Assembly: GCA_963813155.1 (NCBI GenBank)
Contig: CAWEYG010000006.1
Location: forward strand, 64,001 to 128,000
Length of the DNA stretch: 64,000 nucleotides
Direction of reading: 5' to 3'
Source of the DNA: an uncultured Acidobacteriota bacterium
GTDB lineage: Bacteria > Acidobacteriota > Thermoanaerobaculia > UBA5066 > DATFVB01
Notes under the pieces: model-generated
Told to the model about the DNA's origin: nothing
Databases searched by the model: none
The model's input: only the letters and a program-made list of their open reading frames with translations
Part shown: positions 19,387-31,178 of the stretch, one piece after another
Numbering within the stretch: the stretch's first letter is position 1
Layout: the number at the start of each line of letters is the position of its first letter
Position numbers and translations under genes: made by a program

Positions 19387-19965
19387 GTGAGGCTCTTGCT
19401 GGTTGCGTCGTTGTTGGTCCTGGTTTCCTGCGGCGCTCCGCGGGAAACGGAGAATCGCGGCCCGGGTGCCGCCGCCCATCCCCGGGCCTACATGCCCCCG
19501 GCCGACGGCCGCCTGACGGAGGCACAGGTCGCGAAATACGTGGCGTTTCTCCAAAACCGGGCGCGGCTCTCTCCGGCGGAGGCCGATTCCGAGGGCGAAT
19601 CCCGGGTCGACCGCGAGGCCGAGGCGGCCCGTTCCCTCGGGGTCAATCCCGACGAAATCCGCTGGATCGGCCAGAAAGTGCTGGAAGCCAGGATCCGGAT
19701 CGCCGAAAAAGAGGCCGACCGGCGAAATCTGGACACCTACCGCGCGACGCTCGTCTCGCTCCGAAAAGCGCTCGACGCCTCGACGGACCCGGCGACCCGT
19801 TCGACGGTTTCTCGCCAGATCGGCGAGCTCGAAAAGGAGTCGGCGGAAATCGAGCGGTCGCTGCGCCGGCCGACGGAGAGGGTGCTCGCCTCCAACCAGG
19901 CGCTCGTCCTCCACTATCGGGTCGATCTGGACGCCGCGCGCGGCATCCTGCCGGCCTCCCATTGA
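19387..19965 (+). CDS. Hypothetical helical lipoprotein (start 19381 or 19387)
   Basis: Lipobox LVLVSC, coiled-coil-like body; overlaps the next gene. Confidence 0.7.
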   Translation: MRLLLVASLLVLVSCGAPRETENRGPGAAAHPRAYMPPADGRLTEAQVAKYVAFLQNRARLSPAEADSEGESRVDREAEAARSLGVNPDEIRWIGQKVLEARIRIAEKEADRRNLDTYRATLVSLRKALDASTDPATRSTVSRQIGELEKESAEIERSLRRPTERVLASNQALVLHYRVDLDAARGILPASH

Positions 19966-20981
19966 ACGGGCTGGTCGATTTCCTGGAACGCGAGGTCGAG
20001 CGCGGGAGCTTTCCCTCCGGCACGGCGCTCGTCGGAAGCGGCGAAGAGATCCTCGGAGTCGGGTCGGCCGGCTGCGGGCCCGAAACCGTTTTCGACCTGG
20101 CTTCCCTGACGAAGGTCCTCGCGACCGCCGCCGCGGCGACGCTTGCCGTGCGCGAGGGTCTCGCGTGGGACCGCCCGATCGGGGAATACCTCTCCGATTT
20201 CCGCCGCACGAGATTCGACGGAATTCGCGTGAGCGACCTCGCGACGCATACCTCCGGACTCCCGGCCTGGCGCCCGCTCTACGCCTCCGGATTCGGCGCC
20301 GCTGCGTACCGGAAGGCCCTCGCGGTGCTGGAGCCCGAGTCGAAGCCGGGCGCCCGGGTCGTCTACAGCGACCTCGGGACGCTCGTCTTCGGCGAGATCC
20401 TCGAGGCGGCGCTCTCCGAGTCCCTCGACCGGATCTTCGACCGGGAAATCGCTCCCGCCGCCGGGGCGCGCGCCCGGTTCGGACCGCTGCCGGCCGGTTC
20501 CGACGTCGCGCCCACCGAGGAGGGCAACCGTTTCGAGAAGAAGATGTGCGAAGAGCTCGGGATTCGCTTCGACGGATTTCGCACCGGGATGATCCTCGGG
20601 GAGGTCCACGACGGAAACGCGTTCTACCGCGGCGGCGTCGCGGCCCACGCCGGCCTGTTCGGCACGGCGGAGGACGTCTGGAAGCTCGCGCGCCCCTGGC
20701 TTTCGCGTCACCGCGAATTCGCGGCGGACCGGACGCCGGATCTGTCCGAATCGCGGGGGCTTTTCTGGCAGCTCAAGCGCGGGGCCGGCTCGGCGATCGA
20801 AGAATTCGGAAAGGACGCGTTCGGCCATACGGGGTTCACCGGAACGTCCGTCTGGGCGGATCCGGAAAGCGAACGGATCTTCGTGCTGCTCACGAATCGC
20901 GTTCACCCGGAAGTGAAGCCGTCCGACTTCAACGAGGTCCGGCGGCGATTTCACGAGGCTGCCATAGACTGGGGAACCTGA
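19962..20981 (+). CDS. Serine hydrolase, beta-lactamase class C/AmiE(NamA)-like
   Basis: SxxK (SLTK), YSD, GEVHDGNA...AAHAGLF, GHTGFTG. Confidence 0.88.
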   Translation: MNGLVDFLEREVERGSFPSGTALVGSGEEILGVGSAGCGPETVFDLASLTKVLATAAAATLAVREGLAWDRPIGEYLSDFRRTRFDGIRVSDLATHTSGLPAWRPLYASGFGAAAYRKALAVLEPESKPGARVVYSDLGTLVFGEILEAALSESLDRIFDREIAPAAGARARFGPLPAGSDVAPTEEGNRFEKKMCEELGIRFDGFRTGMILGEVHDGNAFYRGGVAAHAGLFGTAEDVWKLARPWLSRHREFAADRTPDLSESRGLFWQLKRGAGSAIEEFGKDAFGHTGFTGTSVWADPESERIFVLLTNRVHPEVKPSDFNEVRRRFHEAAIDWGT

Positions 20982-21000
20982 GAGACAAGGAGTCGTCCCG

Positions 21001-22188
21001 ATGAAGCCGGAAAAGGAAATCGTCATCCTCGAGGGGGCCCGCACGCCGATGGCCGATTACAACGGCGTCTTCTCCGACGTCTCCGCGATCGACCTCGGAG
21101 TCGAAGCGGGGAAGGAAGCGATGCGCCGCTCGAAGACGGATCCGTCCGAGATCGGGCACGTCATCTTCGGAAACGTCATTCAGTCCTCTCCCGACGCGGC
21201 CTACGGCGCGCGGCACGTCGGGTTGAAGGCGGGAGTGCCGAAGGAAGTTCCGGCGGTCACGGTCAACCGGCTGTGCGGCTCGGGCTTTGAGGCGATCGCG
21301 CAGGGCGCCCAGCGGATTCTCCTGGGGGAGACCGAGACCGTCCTCGCGGGCGGGATGGAGAACATGACTCAGGCGCCTCACGTCTTGCGCGGAGCGCGGC
21401 GGGGATTCCGGCTCGGCGGTGCGAAGCTCGAGGATTCGCTCTTCGAGGCTCTGCTCGACACCTACTGCGGCCTGATGATGGCGCAGACCTCGGATCGGAT
21501 CGCGAAGAAATACGGGCTCACGCGCCAGGAGCAGGACGAGTTCGCGCTCGAGTCGCAGAAGCGCGCCGCCGCGGCGCAGGCGGCCGGGAAGTTCCGGGAG
21601 GAAATCGTTCCGGTGGCCGTACCCGGCCGGAAGGGGCCCCAGACGATCGCGGAAGACAATTCGCTTCGGCCCGACACGTCGCTCGAAGCGCTCTCGAAAT
21701 TGAAGGCGTCGTTCGGCGAAGGAGGGATGGTCACCGCGGGAAACGCATCCGGAATCGTCGACGGCGCCGCGGCGGTCGTCGTCTCGTCCGGGCGCCGCGC
21801 GAAGGAGAAGGGGATTGCTCCGATCGGCAGAATCGTCTCCTGGGGCGTCGTCGGCTGCGAGCCGGAGCTGATGGGGATCGGCCCGGCCCCGGCCTCGCGA
21901 AAGGCGCTCGACCTGGCGGGGCTCAAAATCTCGGACATCGATCTCTGGGAAATCAACGAGGCCTTTGCCGGCCAGATCCTCGGCGTCGTGAAGGAGCTCG
22001 GCCTCGACCGCGCGAAATTGAACGTCAACGGCGGCGCGATCGCGCTCGGCCACCCTCTCGGCGCGACGGGGGCGCGGCTCGTGCTGACCCTCCTGAAGGA
22101 GCTCCGGCGCAGCGGAAAACGTCTCGGCCTGGCCGGCGCGTGCATCGGGGGAGGGCAGGGGTTCGCGATGATCCTCGAGTCCGCATAG
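21001..22188 (+). CDS. Acetyl-CoA C-acyltransferase (thiolase)
   Basis: NRLCGSG, TAGNASG, NEAFA, GHPLGATG, CIGGGQG. Confidence 0.96.
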   Translation: MKPEKEIVILEGARTPMADYNGVFSDVSAIDLGVEAGKEAMRRSKTDPSEIGHVIFGNVIQSSPDAAYGARHVGLKAGVPKEVPAVTVNRLCGSGFEAIAQGAQRILLGETETVLAGGMENMTQAPHVLRGARRGFRLGGAKLEDSLFEALLDTYCGLMMAQTSDRIAKKYGLTRQEQDEFALESQKRAAAAQAAGKFREEIVPVAVPGRKGPQTIAEDNSLRPDTSLEALSKLKASFGEGGMVTAGNASGIVDGAAAVVVSSGRRAKEKGIAPIGRIVSWGVVGCEPELMGIGPAPASRKALDLAGLKISDIDLWEINEAFAGQILGVVKELGLDRAKLNVNGGAIALGHPLGATGARLVLTLLKELRRSGKRLGLAGACIGGGQGFAMILESA

Positions 22189-22195
22189 GCGGATC

Positions 22196-22492
22196 GTGGA
22201 GTTCAGCGCCCGTCTTCTCGACTTTCCGGTGCGGACCGCCGCCGTCGCCTCGTTCCTCGCGGATCTGAAGGCGAAGGGGATCGGCGACATCGGAGCTCTC
22301 CAGGCGGTGATCGGCGACGCGGCGCTGTGGGACGATCTTCTTGGGTTCTGGCTCGACCGGGCGTGGGTCCGCCCGGCGCCGCATTCGCCGATCCACCTGT
22401 TTCCCGGAGAGAACTTCGATTCGAATCTGACGCTGCGCGAATTCTGCGGGGAAGATTTCGAGTCGGAAACGGATGAGCCGGTTTCGGAGTAG
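22196..22492 (+). CDS. Hypothetical protein, 98 aa
   Basis: Fills the gap between thiolase and hbd with host-like codon usage; no motif recognised. Confidence 0.55.
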   Translation: MEFSARLLDFPVRTAAVASFLADLKAKGIGDIGALQAVIGDAALWDDLLGFWLDRAWVRPAPHSPIHLFPGENFDSNLTLREFCGEDFESETDEPVSE

Positions 22493-22537
22493 TGCTAAAT
22501 TCCACCTCTTGCGGATCAGAAGGAGCCGAGTTTGACG

Positions 22538-23398
22538 ATGAAGAAGGTCGGAGTCCTGGGATGCGGGCTCATGGGGTCGGGAATCGCGGAGGTCTGCGCG
22601 AAGGCCGGCTACGAAACGGTCGTCCGGGAGGTCGATGAGGCGTTCCTCAAGAAGGGCCTCTCCCGGATCGAGGGCTCGCTCGCGCGCGCCGTCGAAAAGG
22701 GAAAGTTGAAGCCCGAGGAAAAGGCCGCGATGAAGCTCTCGGGCACGACGAAGCTCGAGGACCTGAAGGATTGCGACATCATCCTCGAGGCGATCATCGA
22801 AAATCTGGACCTCAAGAAAGAGACCTACGCGACGCTCGACCGGACCTGCAAATCGGAGACGATCTTCTGCTCGAACACGTCCTCGCTCACGATCATCGAA
22901 ATGTCGATGGCGACGAAACGAGCCGATCGGTTCGCCGGACTGCATTTCTTCAATCCCGTCCCGGTGATGAAGCTGGTCGAGGTCGTCCAGACGATTCTGA
23001 CGTCCGCCGCGACGCAGAAGGCCGTCTTCGAGTTCGCGAAATCGCTCGGCAAAGAACCGATCGCCGCCCGCGACAACTCGGGCTTCATCGTGAACCGCCT
23101 TCTCGTTCCCTACCTGCTCGACGCGATCCGCGCGCTCGAGGAAGGCGTCGGCTCGGTGGAGGACATCGACAAGGGGATGCAGCTCGGCTGCGCGTATCCG
23201 ATGGGCCCGTTCACCCTGCTCGACTTCGTCGGGATCGACACGGCGTATTACATCAGCGAGATCATGTTCACCGAGTACCGGGAGAAGCGCTTCGCTCCTC
23301 CTCCCCTCATGAAGAAGATGGTCCTCGCCGGGCTGTTCGGGAAAAAGACCGGCAAGGGATTCTACGAGTACGACGAGAAGGGCAACCGGAAAGGCTAG
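22538..23398 (+). CDS. hbd: 3-hydroxybutyryl-CoA dehydrogenase
   Basis: GCGLMGSGIA, SNTSSL, GLHFFNPVPVM, GFIVNR, YPMGPF, GKKTGKGFY. Confidence 0.93.
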   Translation: MKKVGVLGCGLMGSGIAEVCAKAGYETVVREVDEAFLKKGLSRIEGSLARAVEKGKLKPEEKAAMKLSGTTKLEDLKDCDIILEAIIENLDLKKETYATLDRTCKSETIFCSNTSSLTIIEMSMATKRADRFAGLHFFNPVPVMKLVEVVQTILTSAATQKAVFEFAKSLGKEPIAARDNSGFIVNRLLVPYLLDAIRALEEGVGSVEDIDKGMQLGCAYPMGPFTLLDFVGIDTAYYISEIMFTEYREKRFAPPPLMKKMVLAGLFGKKTGKGFYEYDEKGNRKG

Positions 23399-23407
23399 GA
23401 GGCGACC

Positions 23408-23908
23408 ATGGCGAAGAGGGACTCCATCCTGCACGTTCTCGACCGGGAAGCCCCGGCGACGTCCAAAGCGCTCTCGCGCGCGCCGCTCGACCGGGCGGAC
23501 TGGAAGCCGCATCCGAAATCGATGTCGCTCGGCCATCTCGTGGGATGGATCGCGGGGGCTCCGGGCTGGGCTGCGGGCGCGATTGGACAGGACGGGTTCG
23601 ACGTTTCGAAGTTTCAGCCGCTGCCGGCGCCGAAGACGGCGGCCGGCGCGGTGGAGACCTACGAAGCCGGGCTCGCGGCCGCGCGGAAGGCCCTCGAGCG
23701 GCTCGACGACGCGGCGATGGACGGGAGCTGGAGCTTCCGGCTCGGCGACAAGGCGCTGAATACGATCACGCGGTTCGACGCCGCGTCGCTGTTTCTCGTT
23801 TTCGACGCGATTCACCACCGCGGCCAGCTGTCGGTGTTTCTGCGGCTGCTCGACGTTCCCGTGCCGTCGATCTACGGACCGAGCGCGGACGACAACCCGT
23901 TTTTCTGA
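23408..23908 (+). CDS. DinB-family protein
   Basis: WKPHPKSMSLG...HHRGQLSVFLRLLDVPVPSIYGPS. Confidence 0.88.
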   Translation: MAKRDSILHVLDREAPATSKALSRAPLDRADWKPHPKSMSLGHLVGWIAGAPGWAAGAIGQDGFDVSKFQPLPAPKTAAGAVETYEAGLAAARKALERLDDAAMDGSWSFRLGDKALNTITRFDAASLFLVFDAIHHRGQLSVFLRLLDVPVPSIYGPSADDNPFF

Positions 23909-23918
23909 GGAGTCCCCG

Positions 23919-24695
23919 ATGAGCTTCGTTCGAACCGAGACCTCCGACCGCATCGCGGTCCTCACGATCGACCGCCAGGAAAAGCTGAACGCGCTCAATT
24001 CCGAGGTCCTGACCGACCTGGACGCGGCGCTCGACGCGGCGCGGGCGAATTCGGAAGTCGGTGCGGTCGTGATCACCGGGGCGGGGCCGAAGGCTTTCGT
24101 CGCGGGGGCGGACATCGGCGAGCTCTCGAAGATGACGCCGATCACCGGCCGGATGCACGCTCTTCGCGGCCAGGCGGTGTTTTCGAAGATCGAGACCCTC
24201 GGAAAGCCGGTCATCGCGGCGATCAACGGTTTCGCGCTCGGGGGCGGGTGCGAGCTCGCTCTCGCGTGCACCCTCCGCGTCGCCGCCGAGAACGCGAAGC
24301 TCGGCCAGCCGGAAGTCAAGCTCGGGATCCTTCCCGGTTATGGCGGCTCCCAGCGGCTCGCCCGGATCGTCGGGAAGGGGCGCGCGATGGAGATCTGCCT
24401 GACGGCGGAGCCGATCTCGGCCGAAGAAGCCCACCGGATCGGGCTCGTGAACCGGATCGTTCCGGCCGGGCAGGCGCTCGCCGCCGCGCGCGAGATCGCG
24501 GGCAAGATCCTCGCGAACGGCCCTCTCGCCGTCGCGTACACGATGGAAGCGATTCATCATGGGCTCGACCTGCCCCTGGAAGACGGTCTCCTGCTCGAGG
24601 CGACGCTGTTCGGCCTCTGCGCCTCGAGCGCCGACATGAAGGAGGGGATGGCCGCGTTTCTCGAGAAAAGGCCCGCGCGCTTCGAGGGAAGGTGA
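23919..24695 (+). CDS. crt: Enoyl-CoA hydratase (crotonase)
   Basis: AFVAGADI, GFALGGGCEL, GQPEVKLG, GGSQRL. Confidence 0.92.
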   Translation: MSFVRTETSDRIAVLTIDRQEKLNALNSEVLTDLDAALDAARANSEVGAVVITGAGPKAFVAGADIGELSKMTPITGRMHALRGQAVFSKIETLGKPVIAAINGFALGGGCELALACTLRVAAENAKLGQPEVKLGILPGYGGSQRLARIVGKGRAMEICLTAEPISAEEAHRIGLVNRIVPAGQALAAAREIAGKILANGPLAVAYTMEAIHHGLDLPLEDGLLLEATLFGLCASSADMKEGMAAFLEKRPARFEGR

Positions 24696-25964
24696 GCTAT
24701 TACCGGGGCGTGAAGCTGGCCGGCTTCGCGCGCAGGCACCTGGGAAAGATGAGCAGCGGGCGAAAGGCCGTGATGGCGCACCTCGCGTCTCCCCGCCCGG
24801 ACAATCTCCCGCTGCCGACGTTCGTCCAGCTTCGGGTGACGAATCTCTGCAACCTCCGCTGCAAGATGTGCGGACAGTGGGGCGACACCGGGATCTACCG
24901 GACCGACGGCTTCTCCGCCTCGGCGACCGACGGCCGCGCGGAGCAGGCGCGAATCCGGGAATTGATCGGCGCGAAACGCCAGCTCTCGCTTTCCGACTAC
25001 GTCTCGCTCCTCGACGAGCTCGAAGCCGTCGAGCCCGATCGTCAGCCTCTTCGGCGGAGAGCCGCTGCTCTATCCGGAGATTCTGCCGCTCGTTCGCGAG
25101 ATCAAGGCCCGGAAAATGACGTGCTCCATCATCACGAACGGCGGAAAACTCGAGGCCTATGCGCGGGAGCTCGTCGAGTCGGGCATCGATCTCATCGCGG
25201 TCTCGATCGACGGGCCTCCCGAGGTTCACGACCGGATTCGCGGCCAGGCCGGGGCCTACGAAAAAGCCGAAGCGGGAATCCGGGCGATCGCCCGGTGGCG
25301 GTCGAAGCTCCGGCGGGCGCTCCCGATGCTCGTCGGCATCCTCCCGGTGACCGAGCTCAACCTGGGCTCGATTGCGCCGGCGATCGAATCGCTGCGGAAG
25401 CTTCCGATCGACACGATCAACGTGGGCCTCCGGTGGTTCGTGCCGAAGGAAGCGGGCGCCGATTACGAATCGGTGATGCGGGAGACGTTCGGCATCGAAG
25501 CGACCTCGTGGAAGGGATTCGACTTCGACTGGTCGAAGGCCGGCGCGGGAAAGACGCGCCAGATGACCGATCTCGTGAAGCTCCTGAAGGGCCTCAAGCG
25601 CCGCCGCTTCTGGGATTCCGCGCGCGGCCTGCCCTGGACCTCGTTCGTGCCGAACGTTCCGGTGGAAAAGGTGCCCGAATACTTTTCCGACTCCCGGCAG
25701 ACCTTCGGCCACAACCTCTGCCCGGTGGCCTGGTACTTCGCCCAGGTCGAGCCGGGCGGCGAAGTCTGTTTCTGCGGGGACTTTCCCGACTACTTCATCG
25801 GCAACGTGCGCGAACGGCCGTTCGGGGAGATCTGGAGGGGCGAAAAGGCCTGGAAGTTCCGAGAAAAGCTGGCGAAGGAGCCGCTGCCGATCTGCAGCCG
25901 CTGCTGCGGAAACTTCGTCTACGGCAAGTGGGACCGGCCGGCCTCTCCGCCCCAGAACCTGTAG
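24692..25964 (+). CDS. Radical SAM protein with SPASM/Twitch domain (apparent frameshift ~25025)
   Basis: CNLRCKMC motif; GGEPLL after the shift; C-terminal CPVAW...GEVCFC...GN...CSRCC. Confidence 0.88.
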
Positions 25965-26857
25965 AAGTTGAACCACTGGGTGGGATCGCCCCGCACGGCC
26001 TGCTCGAGGTCCGCGGCGACGCTCGTCATCATCCGCTTCGCGTCTTCGTCGGGCGAGAGGCTCGCGTCGGCTCGAATCGGCGTTCCCCAGGCGTTGCGGT
26101 AGGAGCCGTCCGCATTGCGAAGGAAGAATCCGGGCAGCAGCACGCAATCGCAGAATCGCGCGAGCAGGGCCGACGATCGCAGGAACGGAGTCGCGCGCCC
26201 GAAGTAGGGGACCGCGATCCGATCTTCCGGATAGGCCCGATCGACGAGGAGGGCGACCGCGCGCCCGTTCTCGATCGCCGTCCTCACCTGGAACGCCGTC
26301 GCCATCGACGAGCCGATGTCGATCGACTCGACGCCGAGGCGCCGCCGCAGATGCTGCCGCATTTCGTGCACGCGGGGGTCGAGCTCGGGCTGGCCGACGA
26401 CGGCGGGAGTCAGCCCGTGCCCGCGGAGCGTGACGGCGCCCATCTCCCAGTTGCCGAGGTGGCCGGTGACGAGAAGAAACCCGCGGCCGTCCGGCCGGAC
26501 CTGGGAAAGGATCTCCGCGTCCTGGGCGAACGTCGTGATCTTCGGAGTGAATGCTTCGCTCCGCATGCGCCAGACGTCGATCGTCGATTTTCCGTACTCG
26601 AAGAAGACCCGCCGGGCGAGCGACCGGGCCTCCGCGGGCGTCGCGCCGAGCGCGACACGAAAGTTGTCTTCCATCCCCGCCCGCGTGTCCCGCATCAGCG
26701 CGACCGCGATCGAGTTTCCGAAGTACGAGATTCCGTGGAGGACCGGGAGGGGAAGCCACCGCGCGCCGTAGTGAAGGCCGCCGTAGACGACCGCGTTGGA
26801 GAGGCCGTGGCTGACCCATTTTTTGCGGCCGCGCGGCGCGTTTTCGTTCTCGCGCAT
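25919..26857 (-). CDS. LpxL/HtrB/PatA-family lysophospholipid acyltransferase
   Basis: TGHLGNWE (HxxxxE), ALLVDR, PTQWFNFYRFW. Confidence 0.88.
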   Translation of the reverse strand: MRENENAPRGRKKWVSHGLSNAVVYGGLHYGARWLPLPVLHGISYFGNSIAVALMRDTRAGMEDNFRVALGATPAEARSLARRVFFEYGKSTIDVWRMRSEAFTPKITTFAQDAEILSQVRPDGRGFLLVTGHLGNWEMGAVTLRGHGLTPAVVGQPELDPRVHEMRQHLRRRLGVESIDIGSSMATAFQVRTAIENGRAVALLVDRAYPEDRIAVPYFGRATPFLRSSALLARFCDCVLLPGFFLRNADGSYRNAWGTPIRADASLSPDEDAKRMMTSVAADLEQAVRGDPTQWFNFYRFWGGEAGRSHLP

Positions 26858-26883
26858 CGCGCGCGAATATACAATGCCCCGCG

Positions 26884-28169
26884 ATGAGCGCAGGCTCCAA
26901 CGGAATTCGCGAGGCGGTCGTCATCGGCGCGGGGCCGGGCGGCGCCTCCACGGCCGGCTTCCTGGCTCGCGCGGGCGTCGACGTGCTCGTTCTCGAGAAG
27001 CTCGATTTTCCCCGCTTCAAGATCGGCGAGTCGCTTCTTCCGTATCATTTGCCCCTGCTCGACCGGCTCGGCGTCGGGGAACGCGTGCGGCAGGCGAAGT
27101 TCATGGTCAAGCCGGGGGCCACGTTCCTGGCCGAAGACGCCGGCGGAACGTCGCACCGTGAATTTCGTCCACGGCTGGAACGAAGACCATTCCTTCGCTT
27201 ATCAGGTGCCCCGGGCGGAGTTCGACTCCCTGGTGCTGGACCATGCGCGCGAATGCGGCGCGGAAGTCCGCCACGGCGTCGACGTCAAGAAGGTGATCTT
27301 CGAGGGAAATCGGGCCGTCGGCGTCGAGGCCGTCAATCGATGCCGGAGAGCGCGAGGAGATTCGCGCGCGCGTCGTCGTCGACGCCTCCGGAGGAGCGGC
27401 GATCCTTTCGGGCCCGCTCGGCCTCCGCATCCCGTATCCGAAGATGCGGCGCGCCGCCCTTTTTTCGCACTACCGGGGAACGCGCCAGCACCCCGAGGCC
27501 CGCAAGGGGGACATCCTCCTTCCGATCCACAACGACGTCTGGTACTGGCAGATTCCGTTTTCCGACGGGCGGGCGAGCATCGGCGCCGTTTTCGAGCCGG
27601 AGAAGGCCCGCGGCCGGGCGGGCGACACCGAGTCGCTGTTTCGCGACCTCCTCGCGGAATCGCCGGCGATGAGCCACGTGCTCGAGGGGGCCGAACGCGT
27701 GGACGAGATTCGCGGCGCGTCGGACTACTCGTGGCGCTCGCGCGAATTCGCGGGCGACGGCTGGGTCCTCGTCGGCGACGCCGCGGGGTTCCTCGATCCG
27801 ACTTTCTCCACGGGAGTGTTCCTCGCGATGCGGATGGGCGAGAAGGCCTCCGCCGCGATCGCGCGGGCGCTCCAGAAGCGGGGCAGCGTGACTCGACGCG
27901 ACCTGATCCGATACGAAAAGGAGAGCCTCCGGCTCCTGAACGCTTTTCGCCGCTACGTCGAGGCTTTCTACGGCCCCCTTTTCATGAAGACGTTCTGCAC
28001 GCCCGACCCGCCGGACCGGATGCTTCGCGCCGTGACGTCCGTGCTCGCGGGGGGTTACGAGACGCTGCCCCTCTCGGCGAGGATCTGGAACCGGCTCTTC
28101 TTCTTTTCCTACGCGCTCGACCGGCGGGTGACCGCGAGCCAGGAAGCGAAGGCGGCGGAAAAGGGATAA
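26884..28169 (+). CDS. FAD-dependent oxidoreductase, flavin-dependent halogenase family (apparent frameshifts ~27155 and ~27336)
   Basis: GAGPGG, PRFKIGESL, FMVKPGATF, QVPRAEFD, DASG, WYWQIP, GDAAGFLDPTFSTG. Confidence 0.85.
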
Positions 28170-28179
28170 AATATCCCCG

Positions 28180-29449
<1,270 letters not shown>

Positions 29450-30371
29450 TCCGGCCGAGCCGGCGACCGAATTCTTTCGGCGGTTCCTTCCCGGCTACGC
29501 CGACCATCTCTCCGTCGAGCGGGGTCTCTCGAGCCGCACCGTCGAGTCGTACGTCCGCGATCTCGACGGCTTCGGGCGCCACCTCGCGGCCGGGGCGCGA
29601 GCTGCAAGAAGGCCGTCCGGCAGGACCTCGTCCGTTACGTCCAGATCCGCCGCGCAGCGGGCCTCTCGGCCCGCTCGGCCGCGCGTCTCCTCTCCTCGCT
29701 GCGCGGGTTCTTTCGCTATTGCTCCGCGGAAGGCATCGTTTCGGAAGACTCCTCCGCGCAGCTGACGAGCCCGAAAACCTGGTCGGCCCTTCCGCACGTG
29801 CTCTCGCCGAAGGAGATCGACGCGCTGCTGGCGGCGCCGGACGTCGCCACGCCCAGGGGGCTGCGCGACCGCGCGATGATCGAGACGCTCTATGCGTCGG
29901 GCCTGCGGGTCTCCGAGCTCGTGCGGCTCGAGACCGAGCGGGCCGACCTGGACGGGGGAACGCTCCTCGTCGTCGGAAAAGGCAACAAGGAGCGTCTCGT
30001 GCCGGTCGGCCGCGACGCCCGAAAATGGATCGGCCGGTACCTGCGGGAGGCCCGGCCTTCGCTGGACCGGGCCCGGTCGGAATTCCTGTTCCTGACGGGC
30101 CGCGGAGGGCCCATGACGCGCCAGCGCTTCTGGCAGCTGATCGAGCTCTACGCGCGCGCCGCCGGCATCCGGTCCCGGATCTCGCCGCACGTCCTGCGGC
30201 ATTCTTTCGCGACGCACATGCTCGAACACGGCGCCGACCTTCGGTCCGTCCAGATGCTTCTGGGACACGCGGACATCGCGACCACCCAGATCTACACGCA
30301 CGTCTCCCGGACCCGCCTTCGCCAGGTGTACGACGACTTTCATCCGAGGGCGCGATGAGGGAATATCCGGC

Positions 30372-31118
30372 ATGGGAAAAACGTTCTCGGGGCACGTGTC
30401 CATGATCTCGAAAAGTGCGACAAATCGGGCCTTTTTCCGCCTCGGGCTTCTCCTGGCCGCTCTGGGCGCGCTCGCCGAGCCCGCTTTCGCGAAGCTCGCG
30501 ATCTTCAACGACGGCCGCGTCGTGAAGGTCACGGGGTACCACGTGGACGGCGACGACGTTTCCCTCGACCTTCCGGGCGGCGGCGGCTACACGACCTCGA
30601 TCCTGCTCGTGGACCGATTCGTCGACGACGAAGTCGCGCCCCCGCCCGCGCAGGTCCGGGCCCTCCCCCGGGCCGTCGCGGCCGATCTGTCGTACAGGGC
30701 CGCTAGAAAGCCCCTCTTCCAGTCCCGATACGACTCGTTGATCGAGTCGGAGTGCCGGAAGGCGAACCTCGACGCGGCGTTCGTCTCGGCCGTGATCAAG
30801 GCGGAGTCGAACTACGACGCGCGGGCCGTCTCGCGCAAGGGCGCCCGCGGCCTGATGCAGCTGATGCCCTCGACGGCCGCCCGGCTCGGAGTGCGCCGCA
30901 GCTACGACCCGATGTCCAACATCCGCGGGGGGGTCCTGTACCTCAAGGAGCTCGCCGCTCGCTTCGAAAATCAGCCCGCGCTCATTCTCGCGGCCTACAA
31001 CGCCGGCGAGAACGCCGTGGACTCCTACGGCGGCGTGCCGCCGTACAGGGAGACCGTGGAATACGTCGAGCGGATCCTGAAGTGGTGGTCGCCCGCCTCC
31101 GGATCCCCGTCCGTGTAG
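30372..31118 (+). CDS. Lytic transglycosylase (SLT domain), secreted
   Basis: Signal peptide; AESNY, SRKGARGLMQLM, AAYNAG, PPYRETVEYV. Confidence 0.92.
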   Translation: MGKTFSGHVSMISKSATNRAFFRLGLLLAALGALAEPAFAKLAIFNDGRVVKVTGYHVDGDDVSLDLPGGGGYTTSILLVDRFVDDEVAPPPAQVRALPRAVAADLSYRAARKPLFQSRYDSLIESECRKANLDAAFVSAVIKAESNYDARAVSRKGARGLMQLMPSTAARLGVRRSYDPMSNIRGGVLYLKELAARFENQPALILAAYNAGENAVDSYGGVPPYRETVEYVERILKWWSPASGSPSV

Positions 31119-31178
31119 AATCGCCTTCGTGCCGACCCGTAAAGCGCCCGCCTCCGTTCCGACCGGGCGGCGCATCGA

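Noticed and set aside
24692-25964. Radical SAM as a tetraether or membrane-spanning lipid synthase
   Set aside because: No B12-binding domain or Tes-like N-terminal region is evident; size and Twitch-type tail do not fit.
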